A stretch of DNA of 35,651 nucleotides from Candidatus Eiseniibacteriota bacterium (GCA_046598045.1 JBKJJJ010000005.1:1-35651), one strand, 5' to 3'. Counted from the first letter of the stretch, positions 24,863 to 34,330 are shown. Program-made: numbers and translations. Notes: generated by a model not told the origin, from the letters alone.

Positions 24863-25522
24863 ATGTTTCATCGTTATCGCATTGCGCTCGTGATCGCGGT
24901 TGCGGTCGCCGTGGCGCTCGGCTTCTCGACCGGCGCGGCCATGGCCGCCAAGGGCCAGTTCTCGATCGGCGGAAACGTCGGCGTCGCTGTCACCAACGGC
25001 GGCGCTTTCAGCGATACGCTCGAGTCGTCCGGCTACAAGAAGCTTTCGGGCGATATCGAGTACGGCGGTTCGCTCCGTCTCGGTGTCTCGCCCAAGGCCT
25101 CGCTGGACTTGGAGGTCAACGCGATCAAGGCCAAGAGCACGACCAAGACCGTCTCGCCTGAGATCGTCGCGACGGAGAAGGCGATCGCAACCTCGCTGAA
25201 CCTGTACTACGCGATCGCCCAGAACGATAGCCACGACTTCAGCTGGTTCATCGGCGCCGGTCCGATGATCGGCACGAAGTGGAAGCTCGAGCAGGGCGCG
25301 GCCGAGGAGCACAGCAAATCGAAGACCTCGCTGTATGCGCAGACCGGCTTCGAGGGCATGTACAAGGTTTCCCCGCAGTTCGGCATCTCGGCGCGCGTGC
25401 TCGGTCGCCTGGCCAAGGCGAGCGACGTGGCTTGGGCGGATGATCCGAACACGAAGTTCGACGTCAACATGAGCGGCGTCGCATTCTCGCTCGGCCTGCG
25501 CGCGTTCTTCGGCGGCAAGTAA
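24863..25522 (+). CDS. Outer-membrane beta-barrel protein (paralogue 2)
   Basis: AAGGAGG Shine-Dalgarno; signal peptide ending AMA; aligns by eye with paralogue 1 (GQ.SIGGN.GV, GGS.R.GVSP, IAT..NLYY, GAGPM, S.GLRA.F). Confidence 0.85.
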   Translation: MFHRYRIALVIAVAVAVALGFSTGAAMAAKGQFSIGGNVGVAVTNGGAFSDTLESSGYKKLSGDIEYGGSLRLGVSPKASLDLEVNAIKAKSTTKTVSPEIVATEKAIATSLNLYYAIAQNDSHDFSWFIGAGPMIGTKWKLEQGAAEEHSKSKTSLYAQTGFEGMYKVSPQFGISARVLGRLAKASDVAWADDPNTKFDVNMSGVAFSLGLRAFFGGK

Positions 25523-25524
25523 GC

Positions 25525-26271
25525 ATGCTTGCGCGCCTCAGCCGCGCGCGTTTCGAAGCCCCGGCCGGCATCGCCCGGCCGGGGCTGTTTTTTGCGTGCG
25601 TATTCATCTGCGCGACGCTTGCGTTCGTGCTCTGGGCGCCATTGCCGGGCGGCCCCCGGAGCGCCGAGGCCTCCGGAAAGAAAAAGGAAGTCGGCCTCGG
25701 CGTCTATTTCGGGGGCGGGAACTACGACAACACCGACTTCAACGCCGACCTCGTGAGATTCGGCTTCGACAAGATCGAGAGCGGGATCGAGTACGGTTTC
25801 GGCGTGGACTACCGGCTGTCCGAGTGGTTCTCGGTCGGGTTCGGCGCGGCGCGCATCGGCGCCGACACCGTCGTGCCGCCCAGCGCCGACTCGACGCGGA
25901 CTCCCACTTACGGGGTCCACGGATCGCCGCTGTTCGTCAATTTGGTCGCGCACGCGGTGCGCACGAAGCGGGGAAACGTCGACGTGTTCGTCGGCGCGGG
26001 GCCCTTGCTCAATGCGACCATCAGCACGTCGTCCGGGATCTTCGAATTCGAGGGCCGGCGCACCGGCACGTACCTGCACGCGGGCGGCGGGCTCGAGTAC
26101 CGCTTCTCGCCCATGATCGCGTTCGGCCTCAGCGGCCTGGCGCGGCGCGCGCGCGCGAACAACATCGACCTGCGCCAGGTCACCGGGGATCCGGACGCGC
26201 ACTGGGACCTGACTTTCAACGGGGCCGCGTTCTGGTTCGGACCCAAGATCTACTTCGGGACGAACGAGTAG
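25525..26271 (+). CDS. Outer-membrane beta-barrel protein (more distant paralogue 3)
   Basis: Signal-like N-terminus ending AEA; FN.DL...GF.KI..GIEYG, FVGAGP, YLH.G.GLEY.FSP, C-terminal GPKIYF; start codon uncertain. Confidence 0.75.
   Translation: MLARLSRARFEAPAGIARPGLFFACVFICATLAFVLWAPLPGGPRSAEASGKKKEVGLGVYFGGGNYDNTDFNADLVRFGFDKIESGIEYGFGVDYRLSEWFSVGFGAARIGADTVVPPSADSTRTPTYGVHGSPLFVNLVAHAVRTKRGNVDVFVGAGPLLNATISTSSGIFEFEGRRTGTYLHAGGGLEYRFSPMIAFGLSGLARRARANNIDLRQVTGDPDAHWDLTFNGAAFWFGPKIYFGTNE
25557..25593 (+). terminator. Intrinsic terminator after OMP 2, lying inside the 5' end of OMP 3
   Basis: Perfect 12-bp stem AGCCCCGGCCGG / CCGGCCGGGGCT followed by GTTTTTT. Confidence 0.75.
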
Positions 26272-26274
26272 GGC

Positions 26275-29200
26275 CTACGGTCTGAAGATCGGGATTGCCG
26301 CCGCTTCGCGCGTGGCCGACTCCTCGATACGCACCGTGACCTCGCCGACGCCGAGCTTGAGCTTGATCGGCGCGCCGCCCGCCTTGCCGTCCCAGTGGAA
26401 CCCGCCGCCGAAGACGCCCGCCCATTGCCGGCTCTGGCCGCCTTCGATCAGCTCGCCTTCGCCGATCCCCAGGTCCACTTCGACCGATCCGATCGCCGCC
26501 GGGTCGCAGCCGAACGTCAACTCGCCGACGCCGAGCCCGACCTTCGCCGCGCGGCGGAAGCCGTGCATGCGCAGCTCCCCGACCTTCATGTCGACCTCGA
26601 GCGGGAGACCCTGCGGGACCTCGATCCGCCCCTCGAGCACGGACGAGCCCGGGATGCGGAAGTGCCACCCCTCGACGCGCAGGCGCAACTCGTCGCCGAC
26701 GTGCGTCGCGACGAGGTGGACCCTGCGGGCCGACTCGAGCCGGCGATCGTTGTCGTCATCATCGTCGTCGTCCGCGCGCACGGCCAGGTTCGCGACCAGC
26801 GAGGGGCGGTCCACGGCCACGATCTCGAGCTCGCCGACCGGGAAATGGATCGAGACGCGCTTCGCGTTGCCGACCTTCCACGCGCCCTTGACCTCGTGCA
26901 GGGCGTTCGTCCCGTTGTCCCACGCGCGCGCCTCGTCGCCGAACGGGAGGGCGATCAGAAGCAGCGCGGTAACGGCCGCCGCCGCGGCCTTGATCGGGGC
27001 GCCGGGCCGGCGGGACCATGCGCGGCCTACGAGCGCTGCCGTGTCCTCGAGCAGCGTATAGAGGCAGGGCACGAGCAGCAGGGTGAGGATCGTCGAGGTC
27101 AGCAGGCCGCCGATCACGGTGCGGGCGAGCGGGAAGTACAGCACGTCGCCGACGTGCGTGCTGCCGAACGCGAGGGGCAACAGTCCGAGCACGGTGGTCG
27201 CTGTGGTCATCAGGATCGGCCGGAGCCGGTCGCGCCCGGCCTTGAGCAGCGCGTCGGTGCGGGGCATGCCGCGCTCGCGCAACTGGTGCACGTGGTGAAT
27301 CAGCACGATGCCGTTGTTCACCACGATGCCGATCAGGATCAGGATGCCGATCTGCGCCATGAGGTTGAACGGCGTGCCGGTCAGCAGACAGGTCCACGCC
27401 ACGCCCGCGAACGCGAATGGCAGCGCGAACATGATCGCGAACGGGTGCAGGAACGACTCGAAGAGCGCTGCCATCACGACGTACACGAGCGTGAGGGCGA
27501 GGATGAGGTTCATGAGCATCTCCTTCTGGGTGGCGTCCTCCTCCTGGAATCCGGAGCCGAACGACCAGGTGTAGCCGGGCGGGAAATTCATCCCGTCGAG
27601 TTCGCGGTGGACGCGCTTGCGGATTTCGGCGCTCTTCTTGGAGTCGATGTCCGCGGTCAGGCTGGCGACCGAGCGGCGCTGCTGGCGCTCGATACTCGCC
27701 GGCGTGTCCACGGTGCGGAAGTCGGCCACCGAGCCGAGCGGCACCGTCCTCCCGGCCGTGCCGGAGGCGAGCGCGGGCACCGCGATCGGCATGCTGCGCA
27801 GGCGCGAGAGGCTCTGGCGGTCGACCTCGGACAGGCGGGCCTGCATCTGGACCTCGCCGTCGGGACCGCGGAAGCGCGACAGGGGGCGGCCGCGGAAGAA
27901 CAGCGCCACGGTCGAGGCGACCGCGTCCGCCGACAGCCCGTAGCGCGCGGCGCGATCGCGCTGGACGAAGACCTCGATCTCCTTCGAACCGCGATCGGAC
28001 GCGCGCTCGACGCCCTCCACGCCGGGCAGCAGCGCGACGCGGCGGCGTACTTCCTCGGCGAGCTCGATCAGGCGCGGGCCGGGATCGCCGAATACGTTGA
28101 CCGCAAGGCGCGACGCGTCGGAGTCGTCGTCGGCGCCGGCGATCTTGAGCTTCGCGCCCGGCAGTTCCGGCAGGCCCTTGCGCAGCAGGCGGCGGACGAC
28201 TTCGGCGCCGTGATCGTCGGAGTACCCGCTTGCCAGGTAGGCGCGCGTGAACGCGAAGTTATGCGTGAAGAACGAGTAGGTGGACTTGACATGGAGCGAG
28301 TCCTTGCGCGCCAGGATCCAGTTCTCGACCTTGGTGACATATGTTTCGACTTCATGCTGATTGAGATTGTCCGCAAACTCGTACTCCATGCGCACGGCCT
28401 CAACTTTGGAGCCAGTGAATGAACTCTTGTTAACTGGAATAAATGCGGCGATCGACGCCGCGAAGAACACGACCGCGAACGCCGCCGCCGCGATCCTGTG
28501 CTTGAGCGTCCACTGGAGCACGCGCGCGTACTGCTCCGAGATCCAGCCGATGCCGGGGGTTTTTGCGTTCGGCGCGACGAGCGGCAGGAAGCGGCCCATC
28601 GCGAGCGGGATCGCGGTCAGCGAGAGGTAGAGCGAGCACACGAGCGTGAAGATGATGGTGCGGCCGACCTCGCCCAGCCAGGTCGTGATCTCGGTCTTGC
28701 CGCCGAGCACGAGCGGCAGGAACACGATGATCGAGGTCAGCGTGGCGCAGACCACGGCGGCCTGCACCTCCTTGGACCCGGCGAGCGCGGCATGGAGCGG
28801 ACTCTTGCCCGCCTGGCGATGTCGGTAGATCGCCTCGAGCACGACCACCGCGTTGTCGACCAGCATGCCGACCGCCAGCATCAGGCCCATCATGGACAGA
28901 ATGTTGAGCGTGCGTCCGGTGAAGTACATGAGCGCCGCGGCGGCCAGGAGCGAAAACGGGATCGCAGTCGCCACGACCATCGTGGTGATCACATTGCGCA
29001 GGAAGAACAACAATACGAACACGGCCAGGATGCCGCCGATCATGCCCGACTCGAGCAGTCCGCGGATCGAGTTCGTGATCTCCTCGCCCTGGTCGGTGAA
29101 CGTCAGTACGCGGATGCCCTGGAGCTGGTCGTCCTTCGCGATGTCGGCAAGCGCCTGGCGGGCGCGGCGGGCGACGTCGACCGTGTTCGACCCCGACTCC

Positions 29201-30045
29201 TTGATCACGTTCAGGCCGATCGCGCGCGCCTTGTCGAGGTGGCGGCCGTAGTCCAGGTCGGGTTCGCGATAGGAGATCGCGGCGACGTCTCTCAGGCGAA
29301 GCCCGTGGTCGTCGATCGGCAGTTTGCCGATGTCCTCGAGCGAGGCGAACTGGTTCACCACGCGCAGCGGCCAGCTTTCGTCGCCGCGCTTGAGCTGCCC
29401 CGCGGCAAGGCTGCGATTTGCAGCCTCGAGCCGGGCGACGACCGCGCCGCCCTCGAGCCCGTGGCGCTGCAGCGCGTCGAGGCTGAAGTCGACTTGCACC
29501 TGCGGCGGGTCGACGCCGTAGAGCTCGACCTTCGCGACGCCCGGGACCCGGCGCAGCGGGTCGGCGACATGGCGATTGAGCAGCTCGTAGGACCGCGACA
29601 GGTCCCGTTCCGCGGCGACGCGGCACTCGATCACGGGAATGTCGCTCGAGCGAAAGCCGTTGACCAGAATCAAGTCCACATCGCGCGGGAGTTGGTCGCG
29701 GATGCGGTCGAGCTTCTCACGGGCCTCGACCCTGAGCGGGCCCGGGTCCTCGCCCCAGTCGAACTGCACGCTGATGGTGGAGCCCGTGGCCGAGGACTTG
29801 GACGTGATGCGCCGTACGCGGCTCATCGTCGCGAGCGCCTCCTCGGCGGGGCGGGTGATCTCTTCTTCGACCTGGGTGGGCAGGGAATTGGGGTAGGGAA
29901 TCGAGATCTCGAGCCCAGGGAAATCCACGTCGGGCAAAAACGCGAGCGGCAGCCGCGGCGCCGACAGTGCGCCCAGCACGACGACGCAGACCAGGACCAT
30001 GCTGGCGGTGACCGGGCTCCGGAGGCTCCAGCGCGAGAGATTCAT
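26275..30045 (-). CDS. RND (AcrB/HAE1-like) transporter subunit with a C-terminal DUF4097-like extension
   Basis: RND motifs (P.QVEEEITRP.EE, GMLVDNAVVVLE, FES.LHPF, GIVVNNGI, RLRPILMTT.TT.LGLLP) over ~1020 aa, then a hydrophobic segment and a ~215-aa Gly-rich beta-repeat domain. Confidence 0.9.
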   Translation of the reverse strand: MNLSRWSLRSPVTASMVLVCVVVLGALSAPRLPLAFLPDVDFPGLEISIPYPNSLPTQVEEEITRPAEEALATMSRVRRITSKSSATGSTISVQFDWGEDPGPLRVEAREKLDRIRDQLPRDVDLILVNGFRSSDIPVIECRVAAERDLSRSYELLNRHVADPLRRVPGVAKVELYGVDPPQVQVDFSLDALQRHGLEGGAVVARLEAANRSLAAGQLKRGDESWPLRVVNQFASLEDIGKLPIDDHGLRLRDVAAISYREPDLDYGRHLDKARAIGLNVIKESGSNTVDVARRARQALADIAKDDQLQGIRVLTFTDQGEEITNSIRGLLESGMIGGILAVFVLLFFLRNVITTMVVATAIPFSLLAAAALMYFTGRTLNILSMMGLMLAVGMLVDNAVVVLEAIYRHRQAGKSPLHAALAGSKEVQAAVVCATLTSIIVFLPLVLGGKTEITTWLGEVGRTIIFTLVCSLYLSLTAIPLAMGRFLPLVAPNAKTPGIGWISEQYARVLQWTLKHRIAAAAFAVVFFAASIAAFIPVNKSSFTGSKVEAVRMEYEFADNLNQHEVETYVTKVENWILARKDSLHVKSTYSFFTHNFAFTRAYLASGYSDDHGAEVVRRLLRKGLPELPGAKLKIAGADDDSDASRLAVNVFGDPGPRLIELAEEVRRRVALLPGVEGVERASDRGSKEIEVFVQRDRAARYGLSADAVASTVALFFRGRPLSRFRGPDGEVQMQARLSEVDRQSLSRLRSMPIAVPALASGTAGRTVPLGSVADFRTVDTPASIERQQRRSVASLTADIDSKKSAEIRKRVHRELDGMNFPPGYTWSFGSGFQEEDATQKEMLMNLILALTLVYVVMAALFESFLHPFAIMFALPFAFAGVAWTCLLTGTPFNLMAQIGILILIGIVVNNGIVLIHHVHQLRERGMPRTDALLKAGRDRLRPILMTTATTVLGLLPLAFGSTHVGDVLYFPLARTVIGGLLTSTILTLLLVPCLYTLLEDTAALVGRAWSRRPGAPIKAAAAAVTALLLIALPFGDEARAWDNGTNALHEVKGAWKVGNAKRVSIHFPVGELEIVAVDRPSLVANLAVRADDDDDDDNDRRLESARRVHLVATHVGDELRLRVEGWHFRIPGSSVLEGRIEVPQGLPLEVDMKVGELRMHGFRRAAKVGLGVGELTFGCDPAAIGSVEVDLGIGEGELIEGGQSRQWAGVFGGGFHWDGKAGGAPIKLKLGVGEVTVRIEESATREAAAIPIFRP

Positions 30046-30049
30046 GGGG

Positions 30050-33000
30050 TCAGGACCGGTCGAAGGTCACATAGACAACGGGGATCACGACCAGGGTCAA
30101 TAGTGTCGACACCACCAGCCCGCCGATCAACGTGATCGCCAGCGGCGCGCGCACCTCGACGCCCTCGCCGAACCCGAGCGCCATCGGCAGTAGGCCGAGA
30201 ACGGTGGTCAGCGTGGTCATGATGATCGGGCGCATGCGCACGCTGCCAGCCTCGACCAGCGCATCGATCTTGTTCATGCCGTCCTTGCGCAATCGGTTCG
30301 CGTAGTCCACGAGCACGATCGCGTTCTTCACCACGATCCCGGCGAGGATCACCATGCCGATCAGCACCATCACGCTGATCGACGTACCGGTCACGCCGAG
30401 CGCGATCGCGACGCCCACGACCGCGAGCGGGATCGAGAACATGAGCACGAACGGGTGGAGCAGCGACTCGAACTGGCTCGCCATCACCAGGTAGACGAGG
30501 AACATCGCGAGCAGGATCGCGAACTGGAGCGACCCGGTCGACTCGGCGAGCTCCCGGTTCTGGCCGGCGAGCGCGACGCGCGAGGGGAGCGGCACGTTCA
30601 TGGCCCCGAGCTGCGCGCGGATCTCCTTCGCGGCCGAGCCGAGGTCGCGCCCCTTGAGGTTCGCAGTCACCACCGCGGCCCGCTGTTGGCCGATGCGGCG
30701 AATCTCGCTCGGGCCGCGCTCGACCAGCACGTTCGCCACGGCGCCGAGGCGCACGGGCTGCCCGGCGTTCCTGCCGATCTCGAGGTCCGCGAGCTGCGCG
30801 ACCTGGGAGCGTTCGGCCTCGGTCGCGCGCACCCGCACGTCGAGCTTGCGGTCGAGGTCCGAGAACTGGGTCGCGGTCTCACCCTGGACGGCATTGCGCA
30901 CGAGGCGCGAGGCCTGCGCCGGGTCGAGGTTGAGCGACGCCAGCCGGTCGCGGTCGAACGCGATCTGCACCTCGGGATCGCCGGGGCGCGCCGAGGCCTC
31001 GACGTCCTGGATGCCGCGCACGCTCGCGACCCGCGCAGCGACGGCCGCCGAGAGCGTACGCAGCGTGTCGAGGTTGTCGGCGTAGAGCTCGATCTCGACC
31101 GGGTTCTTGAACTTGAGCAGCGCCGGACGCTCGAACTCGTAGCCGAGCCCCGGCGTGGCCGCCATCGCGTCGCGCATCAAGCCGGCAACGTCCTCTTCAC
31201 CCCTCCGGTCAGTCACTTTCTTCATCACGACCGTCAACTGCCCGCGATTGGGTTCGAGCGACGAGCCGGAGAATGCCGATAAATCGCGCTGCCCCGCGCT
31301 CGTGTAGACGAACTTCACACGTGGGTCCTTCTCGACCAGCGCGCCGAGCCGCGTGAGCACGCGATCGGTGACCGGGAGCGCGGTGCCCTCGGGCAGGCGC
31401 ACGCTGAACGTGAACTCGCCCTGCGAAGGCGACGGGAACAGGTTGACCGGCAGCAGGAGGCCGACGCCGATCGAGGCGAACAGCGCGATCGACGCCCACG
31501 TCAGCACGCGCCTTGGGTGGGCGAGCGCCCAGCGCGCGACCCGGGGATAGAGCGCGAGGAAGCGATTGAACGCGTGATCGAACGGGTCGAATACGGCGTT
31601 GACGACCGGCGTGATGAAGCGCCCGAGACCGCCGATGCCGCGCAGGATCAGGCGCGGCAGGAACACGAGCGCGACGGCGAACCCGCCCGCCAGCTTGTCG
31701 CCCCGCCGGGAGCCCTGCCCTTCGGTCCGCTCGAGCGCCTCGGCCGCCCGGCGATCGGAGCGCCGGTGGCCGAGCGCGGAGAGCGTGGGCACGATCGTGA
31801 ACGAGACCGCGAGCGATGCCAGCAGCGAGAACGACACCGTGAGCGCCTGGTCGCGGATGAGCTGACCCGCCAGGCCCTGCACGAACACGAGCGGGAAGAA
31901 CACCGCTACCGTGGTCAGCGTGGAGGCGGTGACCGCCATCGCGACCATGCTCGTCCCCTTGCTCGCGGCCTCGAATGGGCCGTCGCCGGCCTCCCGACGT
32001 TGGAAGATGGACTCGAGTACAACGATCCCGTCGTCGACCAGCATTCCGACGCCGAGCGCGAGCCCGCCGAGGGACATGAGATTGAGCGAGAGCCCCAGCC
32101 GATACATCACGATAAACGTCGCCATGACCGAAATCGGGATCGCGAGCGCGATCGTCAGGGTCGAGCCCACATGCCTGAGAAACGCAAAAATCACGAGAAT
32201 CGCAAGCAATCCACCAATCACGGCCGAGGAGGTCACGTCGTCGATCGCGCTCTGGATGAACTTCGACTGGTCGGCGACGGTGACGAGCTTCATGTCGGGC
32301 GGGAGCTCGAGCTTCTTGAGCTTCTCCTTGACCGCGCGGGCGACGGTGACGGTGTTCGCGTCGCCCTCCTTGTAGATCGCGATCTCGACTGCCTCGGTGC
32401 CGCCCACGCGCGCGATCACGTCGCGGTCGCGCGCGCCGCGGGCGACCCGCGCCACGTCCGACAGCCGGATCACGCCGTCGGGCCGCGAGGCGAGGATGAC
32501 CTGGCCGATCTCCTCGGGCGTCAGGAACTGGTTCGTGGCGCGCACGAGGTACTCGGACTGGCCGTCGGTGAGCGAGCCGCCGGCGACGTTGACGTTCTCC
32601 TCGGAAAGGCGCTGGGTGACGTCCGCCAGCGTCAGTCCGACCGCAGACAGCCGGCCGGCATCGACGTCGACCTGGATTTCCTCCTCCTCGCCGCCCGCGA
32701 TGCGCACGGCGGCCACGCCCGCGACGCCCTCGAGGTCCGATTTGACCGTCCGGTCCGCGATGCGGCGCAGGCGCTGGAGGTTCCCGCCGCCCGCCAGGCG
32801 GACGCGCAGGATGGGATCGAGCGAGGGGTCGAAGCGCAGGATGGCCGAGCGCCTGGACTCGCGCGGCAGCGTCACGAGGTCGAGCTTTTCGTGCACCGAA
32901 AGCGACGCCAGGTCCATGCGCGTGCTGGAGGCGAACTCCAACGTCACCTCGCTCTGGCCCGGACGCGATACCGAGTGCATGCGCACGAGGCCCGGCACGA

Positions 33001-33217
33001 CGCCCACGCCTTCCTCGATCGGGCGGGTGACGAACTGCTCGACGTCGCCGGGGGCGGCGTCCGGCAGGTCGGTGCGCACGGTCAGGGACGGGTAGGAGAT
33101 GTTCGGCAGGAGTTCGACGCCGAGGCGCGACAGCGCGACCGCGCCGAACATGACGACGGCAAGCGTCGCCATCGCGACCGTCACCGGCCGCTTGAGGGAT
33201 CCGTCGGCGATTCGCAT
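30050..33217 (-). CDS. RND (AcrB/HAE1-like) transporter subunit
   Basis: RPVT, VEQFVTRPIEE, GMLVDDGIVVLE, QFESLLHPF, GIVVKNAIVLVD, RMRPIIMTTLTT. Confidence 0.95.
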   Translation of the reverse strand: MRIADGSLKRPVTVAMATLAVVMFGAVALSRLGVELLPNISYPSLTVRTDLPDAAPGDVEQFVTRPIEEGVGVVPGLVRMHSVSRPGQSEVTLEFASSTRMDLASLSVHEKLDLVTLPRESRRSAILRFDPSLDPILRVRLAGGGNLQRLRRIADRTVKSDLEGVAGVAAVRIAGGEEEEIQVDVDAGRLSAVGLTLADVTQRLSEENVNVAGGSLTDGQSEYLVRATNQFLTPEEIGQVILASRPDGVIRLSDVARVARGARDRDVIARVGGTEAVEIAIYKEGDANTVTVARAVKEKLKKLELPPDMKLVTVADQSKFIQSAIDDVTSSAVIGGLLAILVIFAFLRHVGSTLTIALAIPISVMATFIVMYRLGLSLNLMSLGGLALGVGMLVDDGIVVLESIFQRREAGDGPFEAASKGTSMVAMAVTASTLTTVAVFFPLVFVQGLAGQLIRDQALTVSFSLLASLAVSFTIVPTLSALGHRRSDRRAAEALERTEGQGSRRGDKLAGGFAVALVFLPRLILRGIGGLGRFITPVVNAVFDPFDHAFNRFLALYPRVARWALAHPRRVLTWASIALFASIGVGLLLPVNLFPSPSQGEFTFSVRLPEGTALPVTDRVLTRLGALVEKDPRVKFVYTSAGQRDLSAFSGSSLEPNRGQLTVVMKKVTDRRGEEDVAGLMRDAMAATPGLGYEFERPALLKFKNPVEIELYADNLDTLRTLSAAVAARVASVRGIQDVEASARPGDPEVQIAFDRDRLASLNLDPAQASRLVRNAVQGETATQFSDLDRKLDVRVRATEAERSQVAQLADLEIGRNAGQPVRLGAVANVLVERGPSEIRRIGQQRAAVVTANLKGRDLGSAAKEIRAQLGAMNVPLPSRVALAGQNRELAESTGSLQFAILLAMFLVYLVMASQFESLLHPFVLMFSIPLAVVGVAIALGVTGTSISVMVLIGMVILAGIVVKNAIVLVDYANRLRKDGMNKIDALVEAGSVRMRPIIMTTLTTVLGLLPMALGFGEGVEVRAPLAITLIGGLVVSTLLTLVVIPVVYVTFDRS

Positions 33218-33226
33218 GTCGGTCTC

Positions 33227-34330
33227 CTAGAACGCGACGGCTTTGATGCGCGAGCCCTGCTTGAGGCCGCCCTGGCCGATCGAGACGACCTTCTGTCCCG
33301 GGGCGAGGCCTTCGAGGATCTGCGCCGTGTCTCCTGAGACCGCGCCCATCCTGATGGCCACGCGGTTGACCGAGTCGCCGGCCGCGACGAAGACGAAGGC
33401 ATCCCCGTCCTCGGTGATCACGGCCTTCTTGGGCAGTACGACCGCGTTGGCGAAGGAGCCGCTGGTCAGGCGCACGCGCGCGAAGCTCCCGGGCCGGAGC
33501 GCGCCCTTGGTGTCGTTGACCTCGAGCGTGACCTTGAAGGTGCCGTTGCTGCGGTCGACCACCGGGTTGACCAGCGTCACCCTCGCCGGGTAGGTGATCC
33601 CCGGCAGCGCCGTGACCTCGAGCGTGGCGTGCTGGCCGACGTGGACCTGCGCCTGTTCGCGCTCGGGAAAGTAGACGCGCGCGAGCAGGGGCGTGAAGTC
33701 GTCGACCCGGAAGCACTCCTTGCCCGGGGTGACGGTCTCGCCGAGTTGGATCATGCGGCTCACCACCTTGCCCGCGAACGGCGCGACGATGCGCGTCTGG
33801 GCGAGGTCGTACCGGGCCTGGGCATGATTCTGCTTCGCGGTCTCGAGCTTGAGCTTGATGTCGTCCATGGCCGCCGCCGAATTGAGGCCGCGGCTCTGCA
33901 GGGCGGCCCCGCGCTCGGCATCCCGCTTCGCTTGCTCGTACGTGGCATGGGCGCGGCCCAGGGCGATCCTGGCCTCGGCGTCGTCGAGGCGGGCGAGCGG
34001 CTGCCCGGCCGAGACGTTCTGGCCTTCCTCGACCAGCAGCGCGGTGACCTGACCCTGCCGGCGCGCCACCAGGATCGCGGTGTTCGCGGCCTCGAGCACG
34101 GTCGTGGTCTCGAGGAACGTCGAGATGTCGCCCTTGCCGACGGTCGTGAGCTCGACCGGGGCGGCAGTGGGGCCTTCGTCCTTCCTGGCTTTCTTGTTCT
34201 TCGCGTTGTTGGCCTGGCCGTTGCGGGCGAACAGGAGCCCTGCGGTCACGATCGCCACGATCGCCAGTGCGATCGCGCCGATGATGAGAGCGCGGCGCGA
34301 CCGCGGCCGGACGGGAACGGGGGCGTCCAT
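33227..34330 (-). CDS. RND periplasmic adaptor (membrane fusion protein)
   Basis: GGAGG Shine-Dalgarno; N-terminal TM; G.V..LLVEEGQ.V..GQPLA.LD, I.APF.G.V, NPVVD...GT..V, LRPG.FARV. Confidence 0.95.
   Translation of the reverse strand: MDAPVPVRPRSRRALIIGAIALAIVAIVTAGLLFARNGQANNAKNKKARKDEGPTAAPVELTTVGKGDISTFLETTTVLEAANTAILVARRQGQVTALLVEEGQNVSAGQPLARLDDAEARIALGRAHATYEQAKRDAERGAALQSRGLNSAAAMDDIKLKLETAKQNHAQARYDLAQTRIVAPFAGKVVSRMIQLGETVTPGKECFRVDDFTPLLARVYFPEREQAQVHVGQHATLEVTALPGITYPARVTLVNPVVDRSNGTFKVTLEVNDTKGALRPGSFARVRLTSGSFANAVVLPKKAVITEDGDAFVFVAAGDSVNRVAIRMGAVSGDTAQILEGLAPGQKVVSIGQGGLKQGSRIKAVAF

Noticed and set aside
24010..26271. The OMP trio as the missing outer-membrane channel of the neighbouring RND pump
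   Set aside because: They are small barrels without TolC-type helical domains and are transcribed convergently; only adjacency supports a link
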